Source: Chloroflexota bacterium
GTDB taxonomy: Bacteria; Chloroflexota; Anaerolineae; Anaerolineales; UBA4823
Length of the DNA: 35,623 nt
NCBI GenBank assembly: GCA_017860725.1
Contig: JAGDMX010000001.1
Span: 1-35,623, forward strand
Direction of reading: 5' to 3'
Position 1 is the stretch's first letter; each line of letters starts with the position of its first letter. The notes beneath the pieces were generated by a model that had not been told where the DNA came from, did no database searches, and was given only the letters and a program-made list of their open reading frames with translations. Made by a program: the position numbers and the translations under genes. Positions 8,695-17,400 of this stretch are shown one piece after another.

Positions 8695-8760
8695 TAACGT
8701 CAGTTTGGGATAAGGAAGAAAGGGATAAACCCAAAATCCTTTTATCCCGAATTCACGTTA
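8695..8760 (-). repeat. Palindromic MITE/REP-like element, short copy, in the rbp leader
   Basis: Read on the minus strand it is TAACGTGAATTCGGGATAAAAGGATTTTGGGTTTATCCCTTTCTTCCTTATCCCAAACTGACGTTAA. The 5' 36 nt match 14078-14113 with 1 mismatch. The 3' roughly 31 nt match 14150-14180 with about 3 mismatches. The terminal inverted repeats are AACGTGAATTCGGGATAA and TTATCCCAAACTGACGTT. Confidence 0.7.
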
Positions 8761-8769
8761 CTTAATGAA

Positions 8770-8797
8770 ATTTTAACACAATTAACCTATCCGTGAA
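8770..8797 (-). promoter_or_regulatory. Putative extended -10 promoter for the rbp gene
   Basis: On the minus strand: TTCACG (8797-8792), a 16-nt spacer, then TGT-TAAAAT (-10 at 8775-8770). The repeat element begins 9 nt downstream of the -10, so it would form the 5' end of the transcript. Confidence 0.4.
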
Positions 8798-9575
8798 GGG
8801 TCGATGTGGGTGAAGTTCTATGCATAAGTGCCATTTGTCCCAGTGATACTTCTGTGGCGTATGGGACTGTCATCAGGCCATCCTTGCTGAGACGCACAAA
8901 TATTTCACGAGCCTTTATCTGGAACTCCGGGAAAAGCTCGTGACTTTCCTCCGGTGCGTGTGAATGTGAGCACAGTGCTCCAAAGTAACTCTCCCAGTTC
9001 AAGCGCGCCGCGGCCGGGAAACTCAGCTTCAGATAATCGTCTGATTCAAAGTAAACGCTGACCGGCTGCCCGGGAGATTTGTTCGCCTCGGATGTATCCC
9101 ACCCATAGCGCTCGCTGCGTAAATCCTTCATCAATCGGTCGTAAGACGGGTCGGTGCTGGAATTGCGGAAGACCGCCAGCCACCCATCCGGCTTGAGGAT
9201 GCGCACGAATTCACTTTTAGCAGCCGGCGCCAGGAACCAGTGGAGTGCTTGCCCGACGGTGATCAATTCCACGGCACGATCGGGGAGCGGGATGGCTTCG
9301 GCTCGACCGTCGACGGCTATAAAGGCCGGGTATCCTGCCAACGCCTGGATCGCCCAGCGGCGCATGGCTGCGTTTGGCTCTACTGCGTAAACGCACCGGG
9401 CGCGCGCCACAAAATGGCGAGTCAGTATCCCGGTCCCGGCGCCGATATCCGCCACGCAGGCCTCGGATTTGAGCTGTACGATATCGCACACGGCCTCGAT
9501 CGCCGCCTCGGCATAATCCCAGCGGTAGCGAGCATAATCTTCCGCTCGCGTGGAGAATCTTTGTGTCGTGTCCAT
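8787..9575 (-). CDS. Class I SAM-dependent methyltransferase
   Basis: Motif I is VADIGAGTGILTRHF, followed by VYAVEPNAAMR and the Methyltransf_11-like LITVGQALHWF. Confidence 0.85.
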   Translation of the reverse strand: MDTTQRFSTRAEDYARYRWDYAEAAIEAVCDIVQLKSEACVADIGAGTGILTRHFVARARCVYAVEPNAAMRRWAIQALAGYPAFIAVDGRAEAIPLPDRAVELITVGQALHWFLAPAAKSEFVRILKPDGWLAVFRNSSTDPSYDRLMKDLRSERYGWDTSEANKSPGQPVSVYFESDDYLKLSFPAAARLNWESYFGALCSHSHAPEESHELFPEFQIKAREIFVRLSKDGLMTVPYATEVSLGQMALMHRTSPTSTLHG

Positions 9576-9604
9576 TTTATTGAGGAAACATTTTTTATGC
9601 TGTA

Positions 9605-10780
9605 CTACTGGACTGCCTGGCGGAGCAAATCTTCTAACCAGATATCCGGCTCAAGCGCCTGCTCCTTCCAGCCCGGCATCAACCGGTCCAGCAAGGTTGC
9701 TTGTGCAAAACCGGAATAATAAAAGCGCGTATCCTCCTTGCGGTTGCTCATTCTATTAACTTCGCTTAGCTGATTGCTCCAGTAGCGCAGCCGGGTAGCA
9801 TAATTTTTGAAATCTGGATCTTTGTTCATACCCGGCTCGGGTATATAGTCTTCAGTGAGAGCTGCTTGGCGTTGAATTTCAAGCTCTACATACTTGGCTA
9901 ACCCTTCTTCCCATTCACGCCGCTGCTCTAGGTCGATATACTCTGGCTCCAGTCCGTTTGCTGCCCGGCGTTGGTCACGCTGTGCCAGGAACTCGCGTGC
10001 TAAGACCGCGGCGTCATCCTTGGTGTCGGCGCGGGCAGCTTCATAGAGCAGATTGAGCTCGGTCTGCCAGGCATCTTCCAGGGCGGGGTTTTCCCATGGA
10101 TACTGGCTATCAACCTGCACGCTGCTTTCTGCCTCTGCCAGTCGTTCTGGTGAAGCAATCCCCTGGTAAGCATGGAATGCCTCGTGCTCCAGGGTGCCGA
10201 TGTAGGTCTCCGTATCCCCCATCAGGAGTCGCCACATCACACGATATGGGAAGATAGCCCTTAAAAAGGATGGCAGGCTTTCCCGGATTCCCGAAATTAG
10301 GCTGATCTGGGCGTATTCTCGCGTCTGGAAGCTGGCTACCCAGCGATCTCCAATTTGCACCGTGAAAGCTTCTGGTGTGATTTCTGGGTCGGGTAGCCGT
10401 TGCCGGTAGTAAACCGTGCCTTGAAATGTGTCACCGGGCACTGCCTCCCAGGGGCCGCCTCTTTTTTCGCCGCTCGGTACTTTGAGCCAGCCGTCCGGTG
10501 GATTGGAGTAATTGACCAGGAAAGCGTAACCTTCGTTATACACCAGGATTGGGATATCTGCCTTCTCCCAGCCAGGCCATACCTGCGCTCCAAGAGTCTG
10601 GCGCAGGTGGGATACCTCTGCCAAGTGCGCTTTATCCAACTCACTTAATCGATCCGGCGTACTGCTCCGTGTTGGTAGCCCCAGGTTGCTCAGGGTGGAG
10701 AGTGCGACCGCTCCAATGCATAACAGGAGTGCCCCCGCCACGACAAACCCAGTGATGCGAAAGAATTTTCTTGTTCTCAT
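9605..10780 (-). CDS. Membrane-anchored hypothetical protein with an HExxH motif (putative zinc metallopeptidase)
   Basis: The N-terminal anchor is FFRITGFVVAGALLLCIGAVALS. There is a single HExxH motif in TLEHEAFHAYQG. I do not recognise any other family signature. Confidence 0.55.
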   Translation of the reverse strand: MRTRKFFRITGFVVAGALLLCIGAVALSTLSNLGLPTRSSTPDRLSELDKAHLAEVSHLRQTLGAQVWPGWEKADIPILVYNEGYAFLVNYSNPPDGWLKVPSGEKRGGPWEAVPGDTFQGTVYYRQRLPDPEITPEAFTVQIGDRWVASFQTREYAQISLISGIRESLPSFLRAIFPYRVMWRLLMGDTETYIGTLEHEAFHAYQGIASPERLAEAESSVQVDSQYPWENPALEDAWQTELNLLYEAARADTKDDAAVLAREFLAQRDQRRAANGLEPEYIDLEQRREWEEGLAKYVELEIQRQAALTEDYIPEPGMNKDPDFKNYATRLRYWSNQLSEVNRMSNRKEDTRFYYSGFAQATLLDRLMPGWKEQALEPDIWLEDLLRQAVQ

Positions 10781-10810
10781 ACGCTGCTTATTGCTGTGAG
10801 GATCATCGAC

Positions 10811-11572
10811 TTAGAGAATTAACGTCACCGGGCAATGATCCGAGCCAGCAATATCGTCGTGAACGATCACATCTTTCACCTCCGGGAGCAGGCTTTCGGA
10901 GACCAGGAAGTAATCTAAACGCCAGCCGACATTGTTCTGCCGGGCGTTCATTCGGTATGTCCACCACGTGTACTGCACACGCTGTGGATAAAGCGCCCGG
11001 AAGGCGTCTACAAAGCCATGCGCCAGATAGCGATCTACCCAGGCGCGCTCTTCAGGCAAAAAGCCGGATGTTTTCTGGTTTTGCCTGGGATAACGCAGGT
11101 CGATCTCCTGGTGCGCCGTGTTGAAATCGCCGCCGATTACCAGCCGCTCGCCGGCGGCGTGCAAATGGTCGCATAGATCCAGCAATGCCGCATAGAATTC
11201 CAGCTTATATGCCACCCGCTCCAGTCCGCGCTGGCCGCTGGGGAAATAGGCGTTGATCAGCGTGAATTCCGCATAACGCATCAACATCATGCGGCCTTCT
11301 ATATCAAAACGCGGGTCGCCCAAGCCGGTCTGCACCTCCAGCGGCGGCTGGCGTAAGAAAGATGCCACCCCGCTATAACCGGGACGCAGGGCGGGGTGCC
11401 AGTGACCCTGGTATTCCTGCCAGGTCTGGCGGTGCGCCTCGGCGATCTGCTCCGGGCGCGATTTGATCTCCTGCATGAAAAGTACATCCGGTTGATGTGC
11501 CACTACTGCTCCCAGCCGATCGTTTTTCAATAAAGCCCGCAGCCCGTTGACATTCCATGTAGTGATTTTCAT
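10811..11572 (-). CDS. xth: Exodeoxyribonuclease III
   Basis: MKITTWNVNGLRA, LFMQEIK, GDFNTAH, WTYR...NVGWRLDY and a C-terminal SDHCPV. This is the canonical Xth/APE1 EEP-fold pattern. Confidence 0.9.
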   Translation of the reverse strand: MKITTWNVNGLRALLKNDRLGAVVAHQPDVLFMQEIKSRPEQIAEAHRQTWQEYQGHWHPALRPGYSGVASFLRQPPLEVQTGLGDPRFDIEGRMMLMRYAEFTLINAYFPSGQRGLERVAYKLEFYAALLDLCDHLHAAGERLVIGGDFNTAHQEIDLRYPRQNQKTSGFLPEERAWVDRYLAHGFVDAFRALYPQRVQYTWWTYRMNARQNNVGWRLDYFLVSESLLPEVKDVIVHDDIAGSDHCPVTLIL

Positions 11573-11682
11573 TCGCAGTTATCCTGTTGACAATAATACC
11601 CGAATTCAAGCCTGATCACGGATTTCAAGGCAGGTTTTCAATATTCAGACGGTTAAACCTATACCAATCGCAGTAGAATATT

Positions 11683-11901
11683 ATGGAACCATTGAATTCC
11701 GAAGATGAGGAGATGCCAATTTTGGCATTCATTTTACGCAAGCGCCTTTACAAGATCAACCTGGAAATGGCCAGGAAGACTGGCCTGGAAAGCCAGCAAT
11801 TGACCGAAGAAGTGTTCGAATCCGAGCGCCCGATCGTCTTTGCCCGGGCAGAGAACCGCATGCACGCCATCAAGTCATTCATTAACAACACAGGGATTTA
11901 G
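11683..11901 (+). pseudogene. C-terminal fragment of an ornithine carbamoyltransferase gene (remnant)
   Basis: LTEEVFESERPIVFARAENRMHAIKSF closely resembles the OTCase C-terminus as I recall it from E. coli ArgI ([32 protein letters not shown]). Only about 60 aa of a roughly 310-330 aa enzyme are present. An in-frame TAG at 11674-11676 and the divergent xth start at 11572 leave no room for the rest of the gene. Confidence 0.55.
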
Positions 11902-11910
11902 AGGCTACCT

Positions 11911-12630
11911 ATGCTATCAGCAGTTTTGTGGGGTGGGTTAGCTGCAGCTTCTTTGCTAATTGGCTATGCCTTTGCCATGCGCGGACCTTCCAAGCGCAAC
12001 ACGGGGCTCGTTATGGGATTTGGGGCTGGAGCGCTGGTCAGCGCCATCGCTTATGAGCTGGTGCCCGAGTCGGTCTTCACCGGCCTGGATATCGCTCTTG
12101 CTTTTGGTTTGGGAGCTGTAGCCTTTTTTGTTGGTGATTGGATTGTCGACCGTCGTGGCGGAGCGGAACGCAAGGCGATTGATGGCGACCAGGCAGGCAG
12201 TTCGGGTGCCGCCATTTTTGTTGGCACATTGCTCGATGCCGTGCCTGAGTCACTCATTCTGGGGATGGGCTTGGCGCTTGGCAGCGCCGTGAATGTCGCT
12301 TTTCTGGTCGCTGTGTTCGTCTCGAATATCCCGGAAGCAGTGGCCGGTACACTCAATCTCAAAGCGGCGGGTCGCCCGAGTCGCAGGATCTTCTGGATGT
12401 GGCTGGTCCTGGTCATCGTCTCGGCTGTGTGTGCCGGTTTCGGCTATACTGTTATCGGTTGGCTACCTAGTGCCTCGGGGATATACGCCCAGGCTTTTGC
12501 TGCTGGCGCCATGCTGACCATGCTGGCCGACGCGATGATGCCCGAAGCCTTCGAGCATGGCGGCAAGTTGGTCGGTTTATTCACGGTGCTGGGTTTTCTG
12601 GTAACTGCTAGCTTGTCACTGATTCAGTGA
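11911..12630 (+). CDS. ZIP-family divalent metal transporter
   Basis: The protein is a multi-TM glycine-rich protein with GFGAGALVSAIAYELVPES, LAVFVSNIPEAVAG and AGAMLTMLADAMMPEAFEHGG. This is typical of ZupT/GufA-like ZIP proteins. Confidence 0.85.
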   Translation: MLSAVLWGGLAAASLLIGYAFAMRGPSKRNTGLVMGFGAGALVSAIAYELVPESVFTGLDIALAFGLGAVAFFVGDWIVDRRGGAERKAIDGDQAGSSGAAIFVGTLLDAVPESLILGMGLALGSAVNVAFLVAVFVSNIPEAVAGTLNLKAAGRPSRRIFWMWLVLVIVSAVCAGFGYTVIGWLPSASGIYAQAFAAGAMLTMLADAMMPEAFEHGGKLVGLFTVLGFLVTASLSLIQ

Positions 12631-12659
12631 GGTTGCACCTACCGTGCAGATCTGCCGTT

Positions 12660-13814
12660 TCAGTGAAAAACACTACTGATTAACCCAGCCAGCGCACCTC
12701 CGGCGATCAGCCAGGTGGAATTGACCCTGAAGCGCAGCAGCAGGATCAGCGCCGTCAGGGCGATCAGGATGGTCAACGGGTCCACCAGCGAAGCGCGCCC
12801 GATCTGCCAGGTGACCGCTGCCATCAGGCCCAGCGCCGCCGCGTTGACTCCGTCCAGCAGTGCGCCAAACCAGGGCGAGGCCCGCAGCCGCGGGATAAAC
12901 GGATGGGAAATGGCGACAAAGATGAAAGAGGGTAGAAAGATTCCCAAGGTAGCCAACAGGGCGCCGGGCACGCCGCTGAGCTGGTAGCCGATGAAAGTGG
13001 CAGTGGTGAACAACGGCCCGGGTGTCACCTGGCCTATAGCAATCGCGTCCATGAGCTGAGCGTCGGTCAGCCAGCCATATTGCGCCACAAAGTCTGCCCG
13101 CAGGAATGCCAGCAGCACATATCCACTGCCGTACAGCACAGACCCAATTTTGAGAAATGTCAGGAACATGAGCGGCAGGCTGAACGGGATCGCTGTGGTG
13201 ATTGAGGCGACGGCTGTGATTATAGTGCCGCCCAGCGGGAGCAGCATGGCTCCAGCCGTTGGCGCACGCAGCCGCCTTAAATTGGATACCAGCATCATCA
13301 CCAGGCCTCCGCCAAAGAGCAGCACGAGCTCGTTGATCCCCAGAAAATAGAGCCCCATAATCACTGCCATGACCAGCGCGGTGGGTATGTTTTTGATCGC
13401 CTTACCTCCCAGATTCCACAGCGCCTGGATGATAATGGCAATCACCACCGGCTTAATACCGTACAATAACCAGCCTGCCTGTGGTAGCGTGCCAAATTCC
13501 GTATAAGCCCAGGCCAGCGCCATCACAATTAAGGTGGCTGGTACAATGAAGCCGAGACCACCGGCGATCAGCCCCCACCAGCCAGCCCGCAGATATCCCA
13601 GATGGATCGCCATCTCGGTCGAGTTTGGGCCTGGGATTAAGTTGGTAGCCCCCAGCAAATCGAGGAACTGTTGGTCGGTCAGCCACTTGCGGCGGGTGAC
13701 CACCTCGTCATGCATAATGGAGATATGCGCTGCCGGGCCACCAAAGGCAGTAAGCCCCAGTTTGAGAAATAAAGAGAAAACTTCTTTCAATCGAGCCAAT
13801 GAAGAATCCGGCAT
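12660..13814 (-). CDS. chrA: Chromate transporter (two fused CHR domains)
   Basis: FLKLGLTAFGGPAAHISIMHDEVVTRRKWLTDQQFLDLLGATNLIPGPNSTEMA is followed by a second half with FLKIGSVLYGSGYVLLAFL...IAIGQVTPGPLFTTATFIGY. Confidence 0.9.
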   Translation of the reverse strand: MPDSSLARLKEVFSLFLKLGLTAFGGPAAHISIMHDEVVTRRKWLTDQQFLDLLGATNLIPGPNSTEMAIHLGYLRAGWWGLIAGGLGFIVPATLIVMALAWAYTEFGTLPQAGWLLYGIKPVVIAIIIQALWNLGGKAIKNIPTALVMAVIMGLYFLGINELVLLFGGGLVMMLVSNLRRLRAPTAGAMLLPLGGTIITAVASITTAIPFSLPLMFLTFLKIGSVLYGSGYVLLAFLRADFVAQYGWLTDAQLMDAIAIGQVTPGPLFTTATFIGYQLSGVPGALLATLGIFLPSFIFVAISHPFIPRLRASPWFGALLDGVNAAALGLMAAVTWQIGRASLVDPLTILIALTALILLLRFRVNSTWLIAGGALAGLISSVFH

Positions 13815-14036
13815 GATGATTCCGCTAACTGAGGATTACCTTCGCCGACCAACGCCCGCATTTTTGCAGCGCATCGACCAGGGCAGATTGGCTCGCTGTG
13901 TTGGTAAAAGTTGCGGTTGATGATATCGGAATTCGTTATCGGCATGCGACTATAGTATAGAAATAACGCCGAATTGTCAATCCGGTACTATCGAAATCTT
14001 GGGTGCTCGAGGCTTGACGCAAGGCGTCAAAACCTG

Positions 14037-14065
14037 TTGTATTTCCCGTTTCCTGTTGCTATAAT
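14037..14065 (+). promoter_or_regulatory. Putative extended -10 promoter upstream of the second repeat copy and the 1197-aa gene
   Basis: TTGTAT (14037-14042), a 17-nt spacer, then TGC-TATAAT (-10 at 14060-14065). A 7-bp palindrome TTGACGC-AAG-GCGTCAA (14014-14030) lies immediately upstream. Confidence 0.45.
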
Positions 14066-14077
14066 CAATTTAATAAA

Positions 14078-14180
14078 TAACGTGAATTCGGGATAAAAGG
14101 ATTTTGGATTTATTTTGGGAGGCGAAGCTGCCCAAAATAAATCCAAAACACCCCTTTTTCCTTATCCCGAACTGACGTTA
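14078..14180 (+). repeat. Palindromic MITE/REP-like element, long copy
   Basis: The ends match copy 8695-8760 (see that feature). There is an extra internal ~37 nt. The arms TTTTGGATTTATTTTGGG (14102-14119) and CCCAAAATAAATCCAAAA (14131-14148) form a perfect 18-bp stem around an 11-nt loop. The outer arms CGGGATAA/TTATCCCG and AACGT/ACGTT also pair. Confidence 0.7.
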
Positions 14181-14415
14181 AACACCAACTCCTCAAAAAT
14201 CAAGGCCTCATGCTAACGGTGGGATGCAGCCAGCTTAGGGATACCAATGATCGCCGGGTGAAAAGCAATTGCGGCGGTCGAATGTTGCGCGTTGGTTAGC
14301 CCAATTGTTGGGCATCCCTGCCTTAGATGATGCCGCTCCCTGGGTGGAGATGGCTTAATTGTTTTCACCACTTAAGCCATAAGAAACTCTTGACCGGTCA
14401 GCAGCGGAGGGCAAC

Positions 14416-17400
14416 ATGGACAAGATCAGGCTATCTATCGTCGTAGGTTGTCTATTTGCGTGTGGATTGGTGCTTCTAGCAGCCGGGGCGAGGCTGCAAC
14501 AATTTTCTGCCTTGGCCGCTCCGTCTACCGATGTCAGCGGGTTGATTACTACCAACACGATTTGGTCTCCGGCGGGCAATCCTTATATCGTGACCGGTGA
14601 CGTCACTGTCGAACCCGGCGTGACCCTGGTCATCGAGCCTGGGGTGCAGGTGCGCTTTGACGGTGTTTACGCTTTTAATGTACGTGGCACACTGAACGCT
14701 GTGGGCACACACGAACAGCCGATCGTATTCACCTCCAATAAACCCAGCCCGCTGGCTGGCGACTGGGGCGTGTTGGATATCCGAGCCGACAGTCAGCATA
14801 GCCGGATGGAGCATGTGATGATCGAATATGGCGGTAATAACGGCAAAGCTGGCTGGTACTGTGCCTCTGGAGCCTTGTGCGTCAATACCTCATCTTTTCG
14901 GCTGGAAGCCTCCACCCTGCGCAACAGCGCTACCCGCGCGGTCGTTCTGTCGCAGTCGAGCGCTATCATCTACAACAATACCTTCGACCACGTCACCTGG
15001 GAAGCGATCCGCTTGCATACCTGTGACCTGGCTAAGGGCGAATGCCACCCGCTGATAGTTGGCAACACCTTCACCAATAACCAGTATCCCATCCTGCTGG
15101 ATAACGCCCAGCTCCCGGAGATGAGCGGTAACACTGCCAGCGGCAACCAAGTCAACGGCTTTGTGCTCAGCCCGATGTGCTATTTAAAGGGTAATAATAC
15201 CTTTGTTGCTGGCGATCTGCCTTATGTGGTCGTAGCCTCCGGCTCCTGGTGCCATATCGGAACTTACGGCGTCTCTACTCGCCTCACCATCCAACCTGGA
15301 ACGATCTTCAAGCTGCAGAACACCATCAAGTTTCAGTACGACACGGTCATCACAGCCACCGGGACAGTTGAGCAGCCGATTATCTTTACCTCGCTGAAAG
15401 ATGACAGCGTCGGCGGCGATACCAATAACGACGGTAGCATCACCAGTCCGGCGGGGGAAGATTGGGGTGCAATCTTCCACGAGGGAATCAACGTGAAAGC
15501 CAGCTACCAGCATGTCATCTGGCGCTACGGTGGCGGTACAGCTTTCGGATGGGGACCGTTGGTGGCTGTGCAGGGCGGGGCGAATGTGACTATCCGGGAC
15601 AGCGAGTTAAGCCAGGCTGAGGTAGGAGTCTATACCTATGATACAGCCACCCTGGACTTCCAGAATAACCAGGTCCATCATCTGGTCACATCGGGCGTAG
15701 ATACTTACTCGACCGGTTCCGTTTTGGTGGCAGGTAATCGCTTTACGAATATCACCAATTTTGGCGTGACAGTGCAGAGAGGCGCACCGGTATTGCGCGA
15801 GAACTTCTTCCAGAGCAACAAGACCGGAGTTGAAGTGATCTGCTCAGCGAATCCATGCAGCCCGGTAGTCTCGCCGCACAATCGCTTCATCGGCAGTGGG
15901 CAGACCGGGGTGAATGTCAGGTACCCGGCCAGCGTCTGTGTCGACGGTCGGCGCAACGGCTGGGGCGATGTGAGCGGGCCTCATGACAATTCAACGGTAG
16001 TGGATGCCTGCGGTATGGCCGACAACCCAGGCGGTCTGGGAGCTCCGGTCTCCAATGGGGTCAACTACAATCCCTGGGAAGGCGGTATGGGTCGCCCGGT
16101 GATTTCATCGCCACGCTGCGGGGTGACTGCCCAGAATCAGCCGCTGGTCTACGGCTGGGCACCGGCCGGTGCGCTGGTTTCCTTCTACGACGAGGGCGTG
16201 AAGATCGGCGACACTGTCGCCAATGATGGCGACACCTTCTCCTGGGTGCCGGGTGATCCATTCAGCGATGGACACCATAGCCTGACAGCCATCGCCGAGC
16301 TGGGTGGGCAAACCAGTCTACCGACCCCGATGCTTGTACTCCAGGTGGACAGCAGCCTGCCTTACGACCCCATGGGCGTGCGCATCCGCTACGACCTGCA
16401 TGGCATCCAGTATGTGCAAATGCTGCGCGATGCTCAGGGCTGCTCCAGCCTGGGAACCAGCCTGGAGACGCCGGTATGGGTGCGCCCGGGGACGATCATG
16501 ACCGTCACTGTGCCGGTACGCAGCATGACCACCCTGAGTGATCCGGTACTGCTCTACGATAACCTGGATGCAATATCATCGCCTCATTCTGGTGGGCAGG
16601 CTGCGACGGACTCGTCGGATTGGGAGTTGGCTCCGACACGTGAGGTGCCGGTGCAAAACGACAGCGGTCAGACCATCATCGGCTACCGGGTGGCCGCTCC
16701 TGGTTATTACCCTGGCAACCGCATTTACACCGGCTACGGCCCAGTTGAGAAAATCCCCGGCGGCGATATCCCCGGCGGTATGTCAGGTGTGATTGAAGTC
16801 GAAGGCGTTGCTGACGTAATCCTGGTGACGGACGACGGCGCCCTTCACCGGGTGGATGGCAACCTCGGCGATCCTGGTTTTGGTGGTATCACCGTTCCAG
16901 AGAACAGTAGCCCGGCAAACCTGACAATACATAACAATAGTGGCTCAACTTTATTCCCCGTTTACATAGGTAGAACATCGAGCATCGGAAGCGATTACTA
17001 TGGTGGATCTAACTTGTTTTTGGGGGTAGAGAATGAGCGCAACGAGATGGTCAGCCTGCCGGCCAACACAGATGAAGATACGAGGTATCATGGTCTGGCT
17101 TTAGGTCATGATGGTGGTGAGACGATCTATTACCCGGTGAAGATTTTCATACCGGCAGGAAGATCTGCGGAGACCACCATTGAAAACGGTTACGGAGTGG
17201 TGGATATAACCAATGGCTTTCCGGGGGACATCTGCGATTTTGGTTTGGTGCCTTACGAGGAGCAGCCGGGTGGGACAAGCCACAAACCACTCAACTTGCT
17301 GCAATACCTGGATGCCAGTAATCCGCAGCCCAAGATCCTCGAGGGCGGTCAATTGCCGCGCATCCGCGTCGGCGCCGGTAGGTACTACTGGCAGGCATAT

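Noticed and set aside
11641-11685. A TAGAAT box 3 nt upstream of the ATG at 11683 was considered as evidence for a leaderless functional small gene.
   Set aside because: The -35 is weak and the ORF is best explained as an OTCase C-terminal remnant. Expression cannot be judged from sequence alone.
13534-13920. A 128-aa + strand ORF overlaps the chrA start and runs into the intergenic region.
   Set aside because: Most of it is antisense to the well-supported chrA N-terminus. It has no SD and the translation has no features.
14181-14415. A known riboswitch class (c-di-GMP I/II, ydaO c-di-AMP, ZTP, or fluoride because of the GATGATGCC-like string near 14326) was considered in the long leader.
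   Set aside because: I could not align the required conserved cores by eye (for example the GGCGATGG...AAAC...CTGATG arrangement for fluoride, or the GNRA/receptor helices for GEMM). I keep it only as an unclassified structured leader pending an Infernal scan.
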